Shown piece after piece: positions 22,549 through 33,521 of a stretch of DNA of 64,000 nucleotides. The DNA lies in the IMG/VR virus record IMGVR_UViG_3300033995_001164, positions 245,178 through 309,177 of that record. One strand, 5' to 3'. Every line of letters begins with the position of its first letter. Within the stretch, counting starts at the first letter, position 1. The position numbers and the translations under genes were made by a program. Below the pieces are notes generated by a model. It did not search any database and was not told where the DNA came from. It saw only the letters and a program-made list of their open reading frames with translations.

Positions 22549-22812
22549 ATGGGGATTTCAACTAATTTAACATCAGCACTCAACGACTATAAATGGGTTG
22601 TTAGAATTTTAAATTCTTCTAAAACGAAGGAACATTTAGAATGCACTGAAAAATGTTTTAATCTTTGGGATAATAAATATTTTTCTTCTGATATCGTTGG
22701 TCTTGAAAATCGATTCTTAAGACGATTGAGAAATAATTTTTGGAGTAATTATCACCAAAAAAGAATTTCTATCACATTTAAAAAAAATTTGGTTTCCGTA
22801 GTAAAGAACTGA
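22549..22812 (+). CDS. hypothetical protein
   Basis: ORF track. Confidence 0.55.
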   Translation: MGISTNLTSALNDYKWVVRILNSSKTKEHLECTEKCFNLWDNKYFSSDIVGLENRFLRRLRNNFWSNYHQKRISITFKKNLVSVVKN

Positions 22813-22949
22813 ACTTTTTTTAAAATTTAATGTATTTATTTATTACACACCGCTCTTTGGAGTGTTCTCATATATTTTTTTTCCAAAAGACCCGATGATT
22901 TATTTTGTTGGGTCTTATTTTTTTACTATCTTTGTAAAAAATATTAAAA

Positions 22950-23585
22950 ATGGAACCGGAAAAAGACATATTTGACGAATGGGCGGATGAAAGAGCCAAG
23001 AGACCTTGGATTATTAGAAAACTACAATACATTCCATCATGGTGGTATAATGATGGTAAGTACTTACACACAACTTTCAAAAGAGGAGTTAAAAGTGTTT
23101 GGTATTGGTTACCTATAATTTGGAAAGACCGTCATTGGGATTCTCACTACATCTTTGAGGTAATGAAACATAAAATCTCAGCTCAAGCGGATTATATTGG
23201 TGGTAATGATAGACATACTCGAGCACAATTAGATGCTAAAAGAATGAGATTGTGCGTCAAATTAATGGAATTGATACAGGAGGAATTTTATTCAACTGAA
23301 TACACCGATTATCATAAAACAAAACATTGGTTTGAACCTGTACCGGATAAACCAACATTATCATCTTGGGAATCACGATTATTAGAAGAAAATTTTGATG
23401 ATTATTTCAAAAAATACCCACTTATATACAAAAGAGTAATAAATGGTGAAGGTGTTTTTGGTAGAGACGGTCGTGAGGAAGATAAACAAATAATTGCAAT
23501 GAATATTGGACACATAAATCACGATAGAGCAAGAAAATTGTTATTCAAAATAATGGAGTCGGAAATTGAAAAATGGTGGGATTAA
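22950..23585 (+). CDS. conserved phage hypothetical protein
   Basis: W.PIIWKDR.WD...WWD pattern; TATCTTTG box upstream. Confidence 0.7.
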   Translation: MEPEKDIFDEWADERAKRPWIIRKLQYIPSWWYNDGKYLHTTFKRGVKSVWYWLPIIWKDRHWDSHYIFEVMKHKISAQADYIGGNDRHTRAQLDAKRMRLCVKLMELIQEEFYSTEYTDYHKTKHWFEPVPDKPTLSSWESRLLEENFDDYFKKYPLIYKRVINGEGVFGRDGREEDKQIIAMNIGHINHDRARKLLFKIMESEIEKWWD

Positions 23586-23609
23586 ATTTAAAAAAAAAAA
23601 TAAAAAATT

Positions 23610-24311
23610 ATGAAGATTTCGCTAATCTCTGATACGCATAATAAGCACAAACAAATAACCGGAGATTTACCTGGTGGAGATTTACTACTTCATAGTGGTG
23701 ATATATCATCTATGGGATACGAACATGAAATCAGAGAGTTCTGTAAGTGGTTCAACAACATCGAAGGTTATACTCACAAGATTTTCATTGCTGGAAACCA
23801 CGATTGGGGATTCCAAGACAATGCTGATAAGGTGAAAGAAATTTTGGATTTCTACAGTGGAATTACTTATCTTCAAGATAGTGAAGTTAAAGTTAAAATT
23901 GGGGATGAAAGAGAAGTAAAAATCTATGGTAGTCCTTACCAACCAGAATTTCATGGATGGGCATTTAACTTACCTAAAAATGGAATTGAATTATCGGGTA
24001 AATGGGAAGGAATCCCTGATGACACTGATATCCTATTAACTCACGGACCTGCGTTTGGAATATTAGATACCGTTGAAGGTAGAAGACACGATAATTTGGG
24101 TTGTGAATTATTAGTTGAGAGATTACGAATTATAACCCCTAAAATTCATCTTTGTGGTCATATTCATACAGGTTATGGTTATGTTAGAAAAGGAGATACT
24201 CACCACTTCAATACTGCGGTTTTAAATGAAAGATATACTTATACTCAAAAACCAATGACCATCGATTGGAATCCTGATACTAATGAAGTTGAATTTCCTA
24301 GTATCGACTAA
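23610..24311 (+). CDS. metallophosphoesterase (MPPED-like)
   Basis: SDTH, HSGD, AGNHD, THGP, GHIH. Confidence 0.9.
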   Translation: MKISLISDTHNKHKQITGDLPGGDLLLHSGDISSMGYEHEIREFCKWFNNIEGYTHKIFIAGNHDWGFQDNADKVKEILDFYSGITYLQDSEVKVKIGDEREVKIYGSPYQPEFHGWAFNLPKNGIELSGKWEGIPDDTDILLTHGPAFGILDTVEGRRHDNLGCELLVERLRIITPKIHLCGHIHTGYGYVRKGDTHHFNTAVLNERYTYTQKPMTIDWNPDTNEVEFPSID

Positions 24312-24546
24312 ATAAAACTTGCCAAACAATCTGAGGTATTTTGGTAAATATTTCATCAGAACCTTCCTTACTTAAATTAGGGAGGTCTTTGATGTATTTT
24401 TGAAGATATTTTGGTTCCTGTCTTAATCTCGAAACAATCGAACTTTTTCGATATAATCTATCAGGATTATACTCATATTGTTCTTTTATTACCTTTTTAA
24501 TAATAAGGTTTAAATCATTCTCATTTATTTTTATTATATTTCTCAT
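24298..24546 (-). CDS. INE-leader small protein
   Basis: MRNIIKINENDL; ATAAATAC box upstream. Confidence 0.6.
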   Translation of the reverse strand: MRNIIKINENDLNLIIKKVIKEQYEYNPDRLYRKSSIVSRLRQEPKYLQKYIKDLPNLSKEGSDEIFTKIPQIVWQVLFSRY

Positions 24547-24566
24547 AACAATAAATACCAAACAAA

Positions 24567-25529
24567 ATGAAAAACAAAAAAGATTTACTAATTTGTAGTT
24601 GTCATTCAACTGACCATCAATTAATTATACTATATGAAGAAGACGAATTAGACAATGGTGTAACATATCCTATGTGCTATTTTCACATACATCTAAAGAA
24701 ACGACCATTTTGGGAACGAGTTAAATATGGTGTTCAATACATATTTGGTAGGCAATGTAATTACGGGGCGTTCGATGAATTCATATTTAATCCGGATGAT
24801 GCCGATAAATTACAAGGATTAGTTGATTACTTAAAAAATCAAAAAAGTAGAATTAAAGGTGGTGAATAACCACCTTTTGTTATATTTATTAATATGGCAA
24901 ACCAAAGTAACTTTTCGAGATTCCCAAAAAAACAATTAGTTTTTATCGCTAATAAACTTATTGAAGACGGATTTGAATGGGATGATATCACTCATAATTA
25001 TCAGGACATATATGATGATAATGAAGATATACTTAAACAAGTATCCTCGTATTTTAACGAATCAGTGGTCGAAGAGGATGTTCAGTTTTTTATTAAGTTT
25101 TTAGAAATTAATAGTGGTTTACTTTCTCGAATATCTAATGATGATAAGTCGATGATAGAACATCTTATAATCCCACAACCTAAAGATTATTTAGTTGAAT
25201 ATACCACCCAAGGTAGCTGTACATTTATCGAATATTATGAAACTCGTTTCTCATCTTACGATAAAGATTGGGTGATAGATTCTTTAAATATGCAAAGAAA
25301 CGATGGTAATTGGGATGTTTATTCCGGTGTTCTAAAAAATACCGAATATGATAATTGGGAAATGAATGATTGGGAAGTTGATGAGGTTAAAGAAGCTCCA
25401 AAAAATGTACAAGAATCTCGTAACCCACGAAAATTATTGGAGAATACCGAAAAACTTATCCCTAAATTAGATAAAGATACTCTTGTTAGTCTAAAATTTC
25501 TTATAGACAAACAATTAAGAAACCTTTGA
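24567..25529 (+). CDS. two hypothetical proteins (24567-24869, 24894-25529)
   Basis: ORF track. Confidence 0.6.
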
Positions 25530-25739
25530 TTTCCTTGTTATTTTTTTCGTTTCTTTAGTTAATTCCCCTAATGTTTTTTTCTTTGACGGGTCAGACCATT
25601 CATACCCCTTTTTATATCTAATTTCGACCTCTATGGGACCAAATGTTGATATAGATGAATCGTACTTCCAAATGGTTGTTGTTTCCTCGTCTTCGTAGAC
25701 TATTTGTCTTTTTGTGTTTTTTATAACTTCTATTGCCAT
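25515..25739 (-). CDS. hypothetical protein
   Basis: ORF track; TATATTTG box upstream on the minus strand. Confidence 0.55.
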   Translation of the reverse strand: MAIEVIKNTKRQIVYEDEETTTIWKYDSSISTFGPIEVEIRYKKGYEWSDPSKKKTLGELTKETKKITRKSKVS

Positions 25740-25801
25740 GACGCAAATATATAAAAAATTTTATTAAATAAAAAACCCCTCGTTTAGGAGGGGTAGTTAA
25801 T

Positions 25802-26053
25802 TTACTCTTCAGTTTCTTTACTTTTGTTTTTATTAATCCATTTGTCTACCGAACCGATACCAAATGACCCTAAAACTAACCATGTAAAGGCGTTGAAAAT
25901 GAACTCGTTTATCATTAGGTTTTGACCTAAATAACCTGTGATAATATCCGCAACTGCGAAAGCTATCATCATGATGAAAGCTAAAAAGCCAACAACACTT
26001 TTCTCATTGATTGAGTTATCGTCATTGAATAACTCTCTAAAAAATTTTTTCAT
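25802..26053 (-). CDS. two-TM holin-like membrane protein
   Basis: Two hydrophobic helices with charged termini. Confidence 0.5.
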   Translation of the reverse strand: MKKFFRELFNDDNSINEKSVVGFLAFIMMIAFAVADIITGYLGQNLMINEFIFNAFTWLVLGSFGIGSVDKWINKNKSKETEE

Positions 26054-26118
26054 AGTATTTGGTAATTTACTTAATTATAAATATCAAAAAAACTACTATT
26101 TATTTGAAAAATCATAAC

Positions 26119-26268
26119 ATGGCAAAATCAAATACAAGTTCAAATTCATCTGTTAAATTAACCACTTCAAAAGTTAGTCGTCCGGGTGTTCATTCAAAAA
26201 AATCATCTAATATAAAGTCAAGTAAAAATTACAAAAAGCGTTATGCAGGTCAAGGAAGACGTAGGTAA
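26119..26268 (+). CDS. small very basic protein
   Basis: HSKK..SKNYKKRYAGQGRRR. Confidence 0.6.
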   Translation: MAKSNTSSNSSVKLTTSKVSRPGVHSKKSSNIKSSKNYKKRYAGQGRRR

Positions 26269-26272
26269 CTTT

Positions 26273-26524
26273 TATGTCTATGTACATAAAAGATAGGACA
26301 ATGATAAAATTTTTTATGTAGGTAAAGGTAAAAATAACCCGCAATACGGTAAAAAAAGAGTGCACACTAAAGAAACTTTACGTAAATTAAGACAAAGTAA
26401 TGGTACGTTAGTATGTGATACATATATGGGGATATTTTATAATTCTATGACTGAAATGTCAAATTCATTAGGTATTGAGAGAAAAACTATCGAATTTAAA
26501 AATAGAGTTCAAAGAATTACTTAA
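26273..26524 (+). pseudogene. decayed GIY-YIG/NUMOD homing endonuclease
   Basis: YVYVHKR*DNDKIFYVGKG joined directly to KNNPQYGK; in-frame TAG at 26294; no start codon. Confidence 0.75.
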
Positions 26525-26576
26525 AAAAAAAATTCAAGGGGTGAGATAACATTTTTTTTTTATTATATTTCTTATT

Positions 26577-26864
26577 ATGATAGATAAGAAACGCAGATTC
26601 TTTCGCTTAATCGAAAGTTACATCAATGATTTCCGTGGAGACGCGGTACAAGAGTTCTATGGTGACAAAGCAAGAATTAAAGTTCACTCGATGAATACCG
26701 GTGTGAAAGATAATTCTATTATGTTAGAGGTAGTTATTATTTTAGGGGATTCGATTAATGAAGACGTTATGAATGACGCACTAGCACATGTCCTAATCCA
26801 AGATTCTATGGTATATTTTTTTCCGGAATCTAAAATATTAACTTATACCAGATTCGATGTTTAA
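26577..26864 (+). CDS. hypothetical protein
   Basis: ORF track. Confidence 0.55.
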   Translation: MIDKKRRFFRLIESYINDFRGDAVQEFYGDKARIKVHSMNTGVKDNSIMLEVVIILGDSINEDVMNDALAHVLIQDSMVYFFPESKILTYTRFDV

Positions 26865-27172
26865 TGAATCCTCGCCAATTTTAATGATTCATGAAGTTCA
26901 TTATTCTCTTTTTGTAAAAATTCAACTTTAATCGCTAATTGAGCCACAGATTCGGTTAATTTTAAAATAGTGTCTCTCATTGAGTCTTTTTCTTTACTAC
27001 TTTCCTGTAGTAAAACTTCTAATTTACCAATCCTATCTCTACAATCATGACGAACAAAATCTTCATCTTTTTCTTTTCTTACTGCTCTTTTTTCGTAATA
27101 TCTCCAAGCACTTGCAGAACCTAATACGGTTAATGCTGTGATTATAACTGTCCAAACTGATTCCTGAGGCAT
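26861..27172 (-). CDS. N-terminal TM plus coiled-coil protein
   Basis: WTVIITALTVLGSASAW followed by heptad repeats. Confidence 0.6.
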   Translation of the reverse strand: MPQESVWTVIITALTVLGSASAWRYYEKRAVRKEKDEDFVRHDCRDRIGKLEVLLQESSKEKDSMRDTILKLTESVAQLAIKVEFLQKENNELHESLKLARIH

Positions 27173-27246
27173 ATTTTTAACTATTTTACAATAAATACAT
27201 AATTATTAATAAAATGTTACAAAAAATAAGAATAAAATTAAACTAT

Positions 27247-27483
27247 TTAAAGAAAATCTACACAACATTCAAGTCCTATATACGCTTCTAATGTTGATTG
27301 TATATTTTTTGGGAACTCTGATGTTTTTACTTGAATAAATAAAGTGAACGAATTAGGGACCCATTTAAATAATTCATCATCATATTTAAATGTTGGAGTC
27401 ATATCAAACTCGGTTATGGTCACCCCACTATATGATGTTTCTAATATCGTTTTACACAGTCGTTTTACTCTATCTTTATCCAT
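27247..27483 (-). CDS. hypothetical protein
   Basis: Likely start MDKDRV. Confidence 0.5.
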   Translation of the reverse strand: MDKDRVKRLCKTILETSYSGVTITEFDMTPTFKYDDELFKWVPNSFTLFIQVKTSEFPKNIQSTLEAYIGLECCVDFL

Positions 27484-27848
27484 ATCATATCGGAATTTAA
27501 AGTAACTGAATAGATGTGTTTTTGTTTCCATGAGTTCGGTTCTATTAATGATAAGAACTTTCCACCTTTAATATTCTCATATAGGTGGTAAATTTGACCA
27601 ATAACGGGTTCAAAACGATAAGATGACTCATAGACCTCTTGGTTAATAATAAATGAATTATAAAGGTTCTCTGCGTCTCGCATTAATTCTTTATATTTCG
27701 TGTCATAAATTTTGTTCGCTTTATCAGTCCCATTTCTTTTAAATGATGATAAATCGATTGATTCTATTTTTGGTGACCCGACATGAGATGGATACGAAAG
27801 TAAATTCGCCCTCAATTCTACCTTATCGATGTGTGACTGTGTTGACAT
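27465..27848 (-). CDS. DUF2452-like protein
   Basis: YPSHVGSPKI, FEPVIGQIYHLYE, FLSLIEPNSW. Confidence 0.7.
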   Translation of the reverse strand: MSTQSHIDKVELRANLLSYPSHVGSPKIESIDLSSFKRNGTDKANKIYDTKYKELMRDAENLYNSFIINQEVYESSYRFEPVIGQIYHLYENIKGGKFLSLIEPNSWKQKHIYSVTLNSDMIWIKIE

Positions 27849-27908
27849 AAAAAAAAAAGTGTCCCTAATGGAACACTAATTATAAAAGATATTTTTTAAA
27901 AGTTCAAC

Positions 27909-29625
27909 TTAACGACCTTTAATCATTGAAATCCCGTGTTTTAAGAATTCTTTTGCCCGCGGGGACACATGATTCATTAAATAAACCTTTTCAATGTCTT
28001 TAACTAATTCCTCCCCATGCTCATTTTCTTTATAAAGTTCAATAATTTTATCCATCGCTTTATTACATTCTTTTTTTGTTTCGTCAAAATAGTTGTAAGG
28101 TTTGAATGATTTAAGATGGTTCATGATTTCTGATGCCAGATGTTCACCACCATCAGAAACTTTTGGATGCAATCTAAGTGTTTTCAATAGTTCTAATCTA
28201 TCAACTAAACCATTAATACCGTTTTTCCTAATTGACACTCCCTCAATATAATCTTCCGCGTCGTCATCTCCCATAATCTCGTCTAATGACCTAACATTTC
28301 CACCATGGCAGAATTTTCTATCTTCTTTTTCTTCAGATTGTTCCATCATGTAAAGTTTTTTGATGGATTTAATTTCTGATTCTGTAATTGTAAATCTTTT
28401 AGTTCCCATATCTATAAATATAATGATAAATATATCGTTACTTCGTAAGTTTAAAATTAAAATAAAATAACTCCTTGTTGGAGAGGTTATCTTTTAATAT
28501 AATTTTTGAGAATCATTGAAAAGTCTTTTCATTTTAGATTCAATTAAATTTATTTTTTCTTGGTCCGAGTCGGAAACTTCAAAATTCTCCGCCTTAATTT
28601 GTCTCACTTCTTCTTGCATTCTTTGATATCTCATTATCATATCATTATACAATCTTGCCTTTTCGTCTTGGGTTAAATTTGCCATAGTTTTGTGTTTTTT
28701 TATAAATGTATAATTATTTCTTAAATTGTAATTAGTTATTCTCTTTTTTATGTTTTTTCCATTCTAACCAAAACGCAACCATAACTAAAATATTCATTCC
28801 ACAAGATGCAATAATTTCATAAATGTCTTTATATAGATTCATTGTTAGATGAACGTGACCAACAACCCAAAATGGAACTGCCAAATTGGAACCTACCCAA
28901 ACAATAAGATATTTAAGGAATCTTATATTGTTATTTATCATTTCGTTCAATTATATTAAAGTCAGTATCATACATTCTGTACCTAAAACCAGTATTGTCG
29001 TTATTGATACCAATATAAGGTAATAATTTTCTAATATGATGGTCAATTAAATAATATTGGTCTAATTGAAATTTATCCCAATAATTATCTCTATTTACTT
29101 CAGGGTCATTCAAATAAATGTCTAAAATTAACCAATCACTTGTAATACTACTTTCACTTTCAAAATAATGAACATCTATATTTCCAATAACAGGATATAT
29201 GTTTTTTATAATATCACTATTGAGTAGTTTTTGTAATGATTTTCTTTGATTTATATCTATCATATGTAATATTCTATTGTGTTAACAGGTATCTTGAAAG
29301 TTTCAACAAACCATTCTTTAAATCCTTCTTTCCAATTATCATTAAAATAACCTTCTAATGAGTTAAGAAGTCCTTGGTCTTCAACATACAACATTGGACT
29401 TAATGGTTTTCGGTAATCTGATGCTCCGGTCCAATAGTCTTCACCATATAACCTGAACAATGTTTCATCATCCATATAATCACCTAAATAAAATTCAATT
29501 GCGTCTTGTTCCTGACCCCAATCATCAGTTAAACGAGTCCAATTAATATTTTCAATATCCAAAGTGTTGTTTAGGTAATTTTTAACCGTTTGATTTAATT
29601 TACTTTCTGTTATAATGTATTTCAT
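27909..29625 (-). CDS. five small genes (27909-28409, 28494-28685, 28732-28950 membrane, 28931-29263, 29260-29625); first and last carry ITE leaders
   Basis: ORF track; MGTKRFTITESE and MKYIITESKL. Confidence 0.6.
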
Positions 29626-29634
29626 AATTTACTT

Positions 29635-29852
29635 AATTTGTATTGTTCCTCCACCAGACTTTTTTTTCCGAAATAAATCAATGTGGGTTGTTGTCACCTC
29701 CAATTTGTAATGTTCCTCCACCTTTTTCCTTTTTCGATGTAACGCAAAAGCGTTGTTGTCACCTCCAATTTGTAATGTTCCTCCACCAATAAACACGGCT
29801 CAAATATTCATCAATAGTTGTTGTCACCTCCAATTTGTAATGTTCCTCCACC
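29635..29852 (-). CRISPR. CRISPR-like array beginning inside the 3' end of gene 29759-30106
   Basis: Three identical 36-bp repeats GTTGTTGTCACCTCCAATTTGTAATGTTCCTCCACC (29687-29722, 29752-29787, 29817-29852) plus a partial copy at 29635-29655; unique spacers of 31, 29 and 29 nt. Confidence 0.85.
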
Positions 29853-30106
29853 CACGCTTTCGTTAGGTCTTCTATTTCCTCATTATTTAACTCAAAAAAG
29901 GATTTCAAAAATGACCAAATATGAGTATAAGAGACATGAGCAACCCCATTTTTTTCATTATAGTCAAACATAACTTCACCATCTTTCATAAAGAATATGT
30001 GGTTAGGGTATTCGTCTGTTTTATATGGTTTCAAATCACCATATTCGGTGTTAAGGTATTTGAGAATACCTCGATTTTTTTGACTTTCTGTTATAATGTA
30101 TTTCAT
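29759..30106 (-). CDS. ITE-leader protein whose C-terminus is encoded by repeat plus spacer
   Basis: ...WVEEHYKLEVTTT (repeat) IDEYLSRVY (spacer) WWRNITNWR* (next repeat, shifted frame). Confidence 0.8.
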   Translation of the reverse strand: MKYIITESQKNRGILKYLNTEYGDLKPYKTDEYPNHIFFMKDGEVMFDYNEKNGVAHVSYTHIWSFLKSFFELNNEEIEDLTKAWVEEHYKLEVTTTIDEYLSRVYWWRNITNWR

Positions 30107-30107
30107 T

Positions 30108-30377
30108 TTAATCTTCTAATAATTCCCAAGTCACACCTAACCAATAGTCGCGACCTTCTTTTAATCCGGTATATCCGGTAACCAATTCAATTATATTTTC
30201 CATATCGTATAGGTGGTTATAATTGTTTGCCTCATATACTAATTCAAAATAAGGATAATCACCATCATAGGTTGACCTCATTTCTTTTAAAATTCTAATC
30301 ACGGGATAAGGATGAACTGATGAATGTCCAAAAAAAGCATCTAATAATGATTCAACTTTTTTACTATCCTTATTCAT
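30108..30377 (-). CDS. hypothetical protein
   Basis: ORF track. Confidence 0.55.
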   Translation of the reverse strand: MNKDSKKVESLLDAFFGHSSVHPYPVIRILKEMRSTYDGDYPYFELVYEANNYNHLYDMENIIELVTGYTGLKEGRDYWLGVTWELLED

Positions 30378-30378
30378 A

Positions 30379-31077
30379 TTACGCTAAACCTGTTTGTCCT
30401 TTATCTCCTAATGATGCATAAATTGGTTGGGACATCTGACTAACTTGTGAGGATATTTTTTTAACCATATTTTCGTAGTCTTTACTTGACGCATATCTTT
30501 GACCTTTCACATTCACAAAATTATCAATTAGGTCTGAAGCGTTTTTCCCACCTGATAAATAATTTTTAGCCATTAAATCATAATATGATTGAATCCCACT
30601 TTGAACCGACCCATGACTAATATTAGGGCCTTTGTCTACATTACCAACATTAAATGGATTCTTTGTTCTAATTGGTCTTGCCTTTGGATTATTAGAAAAT
30701 CCTCCTTCCGCAGACAATTGGGATAATGCCAGTTCTGGTGGAACATATGATTTAAATTTATTATATGATTGTTTTGCTGCGTTTGCTAACATTTCACCGT
30801 TAATACCTAATAAGTTTGATGGTCTAGTATTTATAAATTTATCAGAAATATTTTTATATGCTTTAAACCCTTCAGGCGTGTTTAAATTTAATTCTGTGAA
30901 TTTATCACCTGAACTTAAAATAGGGTTTGTTAAGTCCCCATTACTTTTCGAAGTGTCTTTAGGTTTACCGGATAACATACCTTTCAAAATATCCATACTA
31001 TCCTGTCCGGACAATTGTTTTGTAATTAAATCTATTAGTTCTTGTTCGGTTAAACGAACTTTAATTTTCTTTCCCAT
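30379..31077 (-). CDS. lysozyme-fold (glucosaminidase-like) hydrolase with LTE leader
   Basis: LALSQLSAEGG, KNPFNVGN, RYASSKDYE. Confidence 0.65.
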   Translation of the reverse strand: MGKKIKVRLTEQELIDLITKQLSGQDSMDILKGMLSGKPKDTSKSNGDLTNPILSSGDKFTELNLNTPEGFKAYKNISDKFINTRPSNLLGINGEMLANAAKQSYNKFKSYVPPELALSQLSAEGGFSNNPKARPIRTKNPFNVGNVDKGPNISHGSVQSGIQSYYDLMAKNYLSGGKNASDLIDNFVNVKGQRYASSKDYENMVKKISSQVSQMSQPIYASLGDKGQTGLA

Positions 31078-31157
31078 GATGATAAATACTTGTATTAAAT
31101 AAATACAACAAAAAACCCCCATAGATGGGGGTTTATATTACAATCTACACATTATTA

Positions 31158-31592
31158 TTAATCAATTATTGAGATTGAGTTTATTTTATCACCGGCACTG
31201 ATTGCGTCGATTACCTCTAACCCTTCATTAACTTTACCAAAACAAGTGTGATTACCATCTAAATGTTGGGTTCCTTGTCTGTTATGGCAAATGAAGAATT
31301 GTGACCCTCCTGTGTTACGTCCTGCGTGTGCAATTGACAATACCCCTCTATCGTGAAATTGTTTAGGGGCGGTAACTTCACATGGGATATTATATCCCGG
31401 ACCACCGGAACCTGTACCATTTGGACACCCACCTTGAATTACAAAATTAGGAATAACTCTATGAAAATTTAATCCGTCATAGAATTTTTTACCGATTAAG
31501 TCTTTGAAGTTGTTTACTGCGATTGGAGTCTCGTTGTCGTATAGTTCGGCAATCATATCTCCCTTGTCTGTAGAAATTTTTACTTTAGTCAT
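31158..31592 (-). CDS. cyclophilin-type peptidyl-prolyl isomerase
   Basis: FYDGLNFHRVIPNFVIQGGCP, GGSQFFI, HLDGNHTCFGKV. Confidence 0.95.
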   Translation of the reverse strand: MTKVKISTDKGDMIAELYDNETPIAVNNFKDLIGKKFYDGLNFHRVIPNFVIQGGCPNGTGSGGPGYNIPCEVTAPKQFHDRGVLSIAHAGRNTGGSQFFICHNRQGTQHLDGNHTCFGKVNEGLEVIDAISAGDKINSISIID

Positions 31593-31637
31593 ATTTTATC
31601 TTTTGAGAAGTATATGAAAAGTATCTTATATTGTCAA

Positions 31638-32323
31638 TTAAGAATCAATATCTGATTTCTCCATCATTATAACTTCAACATCTAAACCAATATAATTTTT
31701 TATTTTATTACGAATTAACGATTCATATTTTGCCCTTACCTTACTCATTAAATAATTTTTTAATGGAATTAAAACATATGTAGCACCAGTCGATGAAAAT
31801 ACAACATCGACTTTTATTGATAATGGGACTTTAATATCTTCGACTATTTCTTTAATTGCTGATTTTAATCTATCTTCTTGATTTTCACTAATAATTACCT
31901 TCATTCTAATCTGACTTTAATATTGTCAGTCATTTTTTTATTAAACTCAATACCATGTCTTTCCTTGAAATTATTTACAAGTAATTCAATTGGTTTATCA
32001 TATCCTTTATCTTGTAATAAAATATAGGCACCCAAATCAGCTTCTATCTCATCTTGTTCATTTCTTGGTCCATCATGACCTAATAATACATGAGTGACCT
32101 CATGAGCTTCAATAAATTTTAAAATGTCTTTGGCATCTGGCAGCCCAACTAATATTTCTCCATCAATTATAATTAAATTACTACCCGGAACCATAAACCC
32201 AAAACCATACTCATTAAAATAGTCTTTAACTTGTTCATATAGTGGGTCGTCTTCAAATACAACCACAACGGTAACACCATCCAAAAATTCACTTACGTAT
32301 TCTAATTGAGTTTTATTTATCAT
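31638..32323 (-). CDS. ISE-leader protein (31638-31904) and HExxH peptidase-like protein (31901-32323)
   Basis: MKVIISENQ; AHEVTHVLLGH..EIEAD. Confidence 0.6.
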
Positions 32324-32392
32324 AAAAAATTAATTATTGGACAAAGATACGTAAAAAATATTATTTTGGCGACTTATTTTATAAATACTTAA

Positions 32393-33421
32393 TCAATCAA
32401 CATTATTTTTTAAATATTTTTCAACAAATTTTTCTTCATATCTTTTTGTAAAAATAATTTGTTTTGTTTCATACAATTCTTTTAATTTTTTAGACGATAA
32501 ATTAGGTGTATCTCTTAATTTGTATGTAAGATTATTTTCATCACAAAATTTAATTGCCGATATTTTTTTTCTAACCACCGAATCACTATACCAAAGTTTT
32601 TTTGGCTTAATTTCTATTAAATATTTGTTTTTTAATATAAAATCAGCGGTATAAGTTCTGTTATTACCTTTATAATCAGTATAATTTATCTGATACATAT
32701 TAGATTCTGCATTAATCCACTCAATGTTATTTTTTTCAATAACATTAATCATGTATGATAATTCTTTAATACTTCTAAAAAACCAATTATTATACCATCC
32801 TGACCAACCATTACCGGAACCAACAGGACTTGGTTTTCCAAACATTGGGTTATTCTCTCCCGAACTATTTTTAGATTGTTTTATTTTTAATTGTTCTAAT
32901 TTAACATTAGCAATTTCGGTTCCATATTTTTCAACCCAAACATCATAGACAGATTTTCCAAACATAGGGTTATTCTCTCCTGAAGTATTTTTAGATTGTT
33001 TTATTTTTAATTTTTTCATTTTTTCTTCCGCAACTTCAACTCCATATTTATCAACCCAATAATAATAATAAGTAGAGTCCCCAAACATAGTGACATTACT
33101 TAATGATAAAATTCTCATTTTTTCCCTAAATTCTTCTGTTTTATATACTGAAAAATCTTTTTTTTCTCTCATTTTTTGTTTGGTGTCTTCAGTATGTTTT
33201 TTATTAAAAAATGGATTTAACTCACCAAATTTTCCAAACATAGGGTTATTGTCGCCAAGAACTCGTTGTTTCATACGTTCTCTCCTATCTTCGGTTATAG
33301 TTAATTTTAACCCACAACTTTTACAATTACTATTTTTGTTATCCGCTTTTATCATATTGTATTTGTTAGTGTAACTTATTGTTACACCACAAATAGGGCA
33401 TTTTCTTGTGAGATTTGACAT
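32393..33421 (-). CDS. homing endonuclease: zinc finger, NUMOD3 repeats and TnsA-like PD-(D/E)xK nuclease
   Basis: CPICG..CKSC; GENNPMFGK repeats; FRSIKEL, YTADF, IEIKP. Confidence 0.8.
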   Translation of the reverse strand: MSNLTRKCPICGVTISYTNKYNMIKADNKNSNCKSCGLKLTITEDRRERMKQRVLGDNNPMFGKFGELNPFFNKKHTEDTKQKMREKKDFSVYKTEEFREKMRILSLSNVTMFGDSTYYYYWVDKYGVEVAEEKMKKLKIKQSKNTSGENNPMFGKSVYDVWVEKYGTEIANVKLEQLKIKQSKNSSGENNPMFGKPSPVGSGNGWSGWYNNWFFRSIKELSYMINVIEKNNIEWINAESNMYQINYTDYKGNNRTYTADFILKNKYLIEIKPKKLWYSDSVVRKKISAIKFCDENNLTYKLRDTPNLSSKKLKELYETKQIIFTKRYEEKFVEKYLKNNVD

Positions 33422-33521
33422 TATTATTTTTTTTAATTAAAATTAATTATTATATTTGTCCCCTAATTAAGGGGAACCTCTTAATATAAATACACTAAAA
33501 AATAAAAAAAAAACATAAAAT

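Noticed and set aside
26294-26296. TAG stop-codon reassignment
   Set aside because: Genes are intact in the standard code, TAG ends plausible genes (24298, 44362, 46241), and this TAG lies in a relic that also has a deletion.
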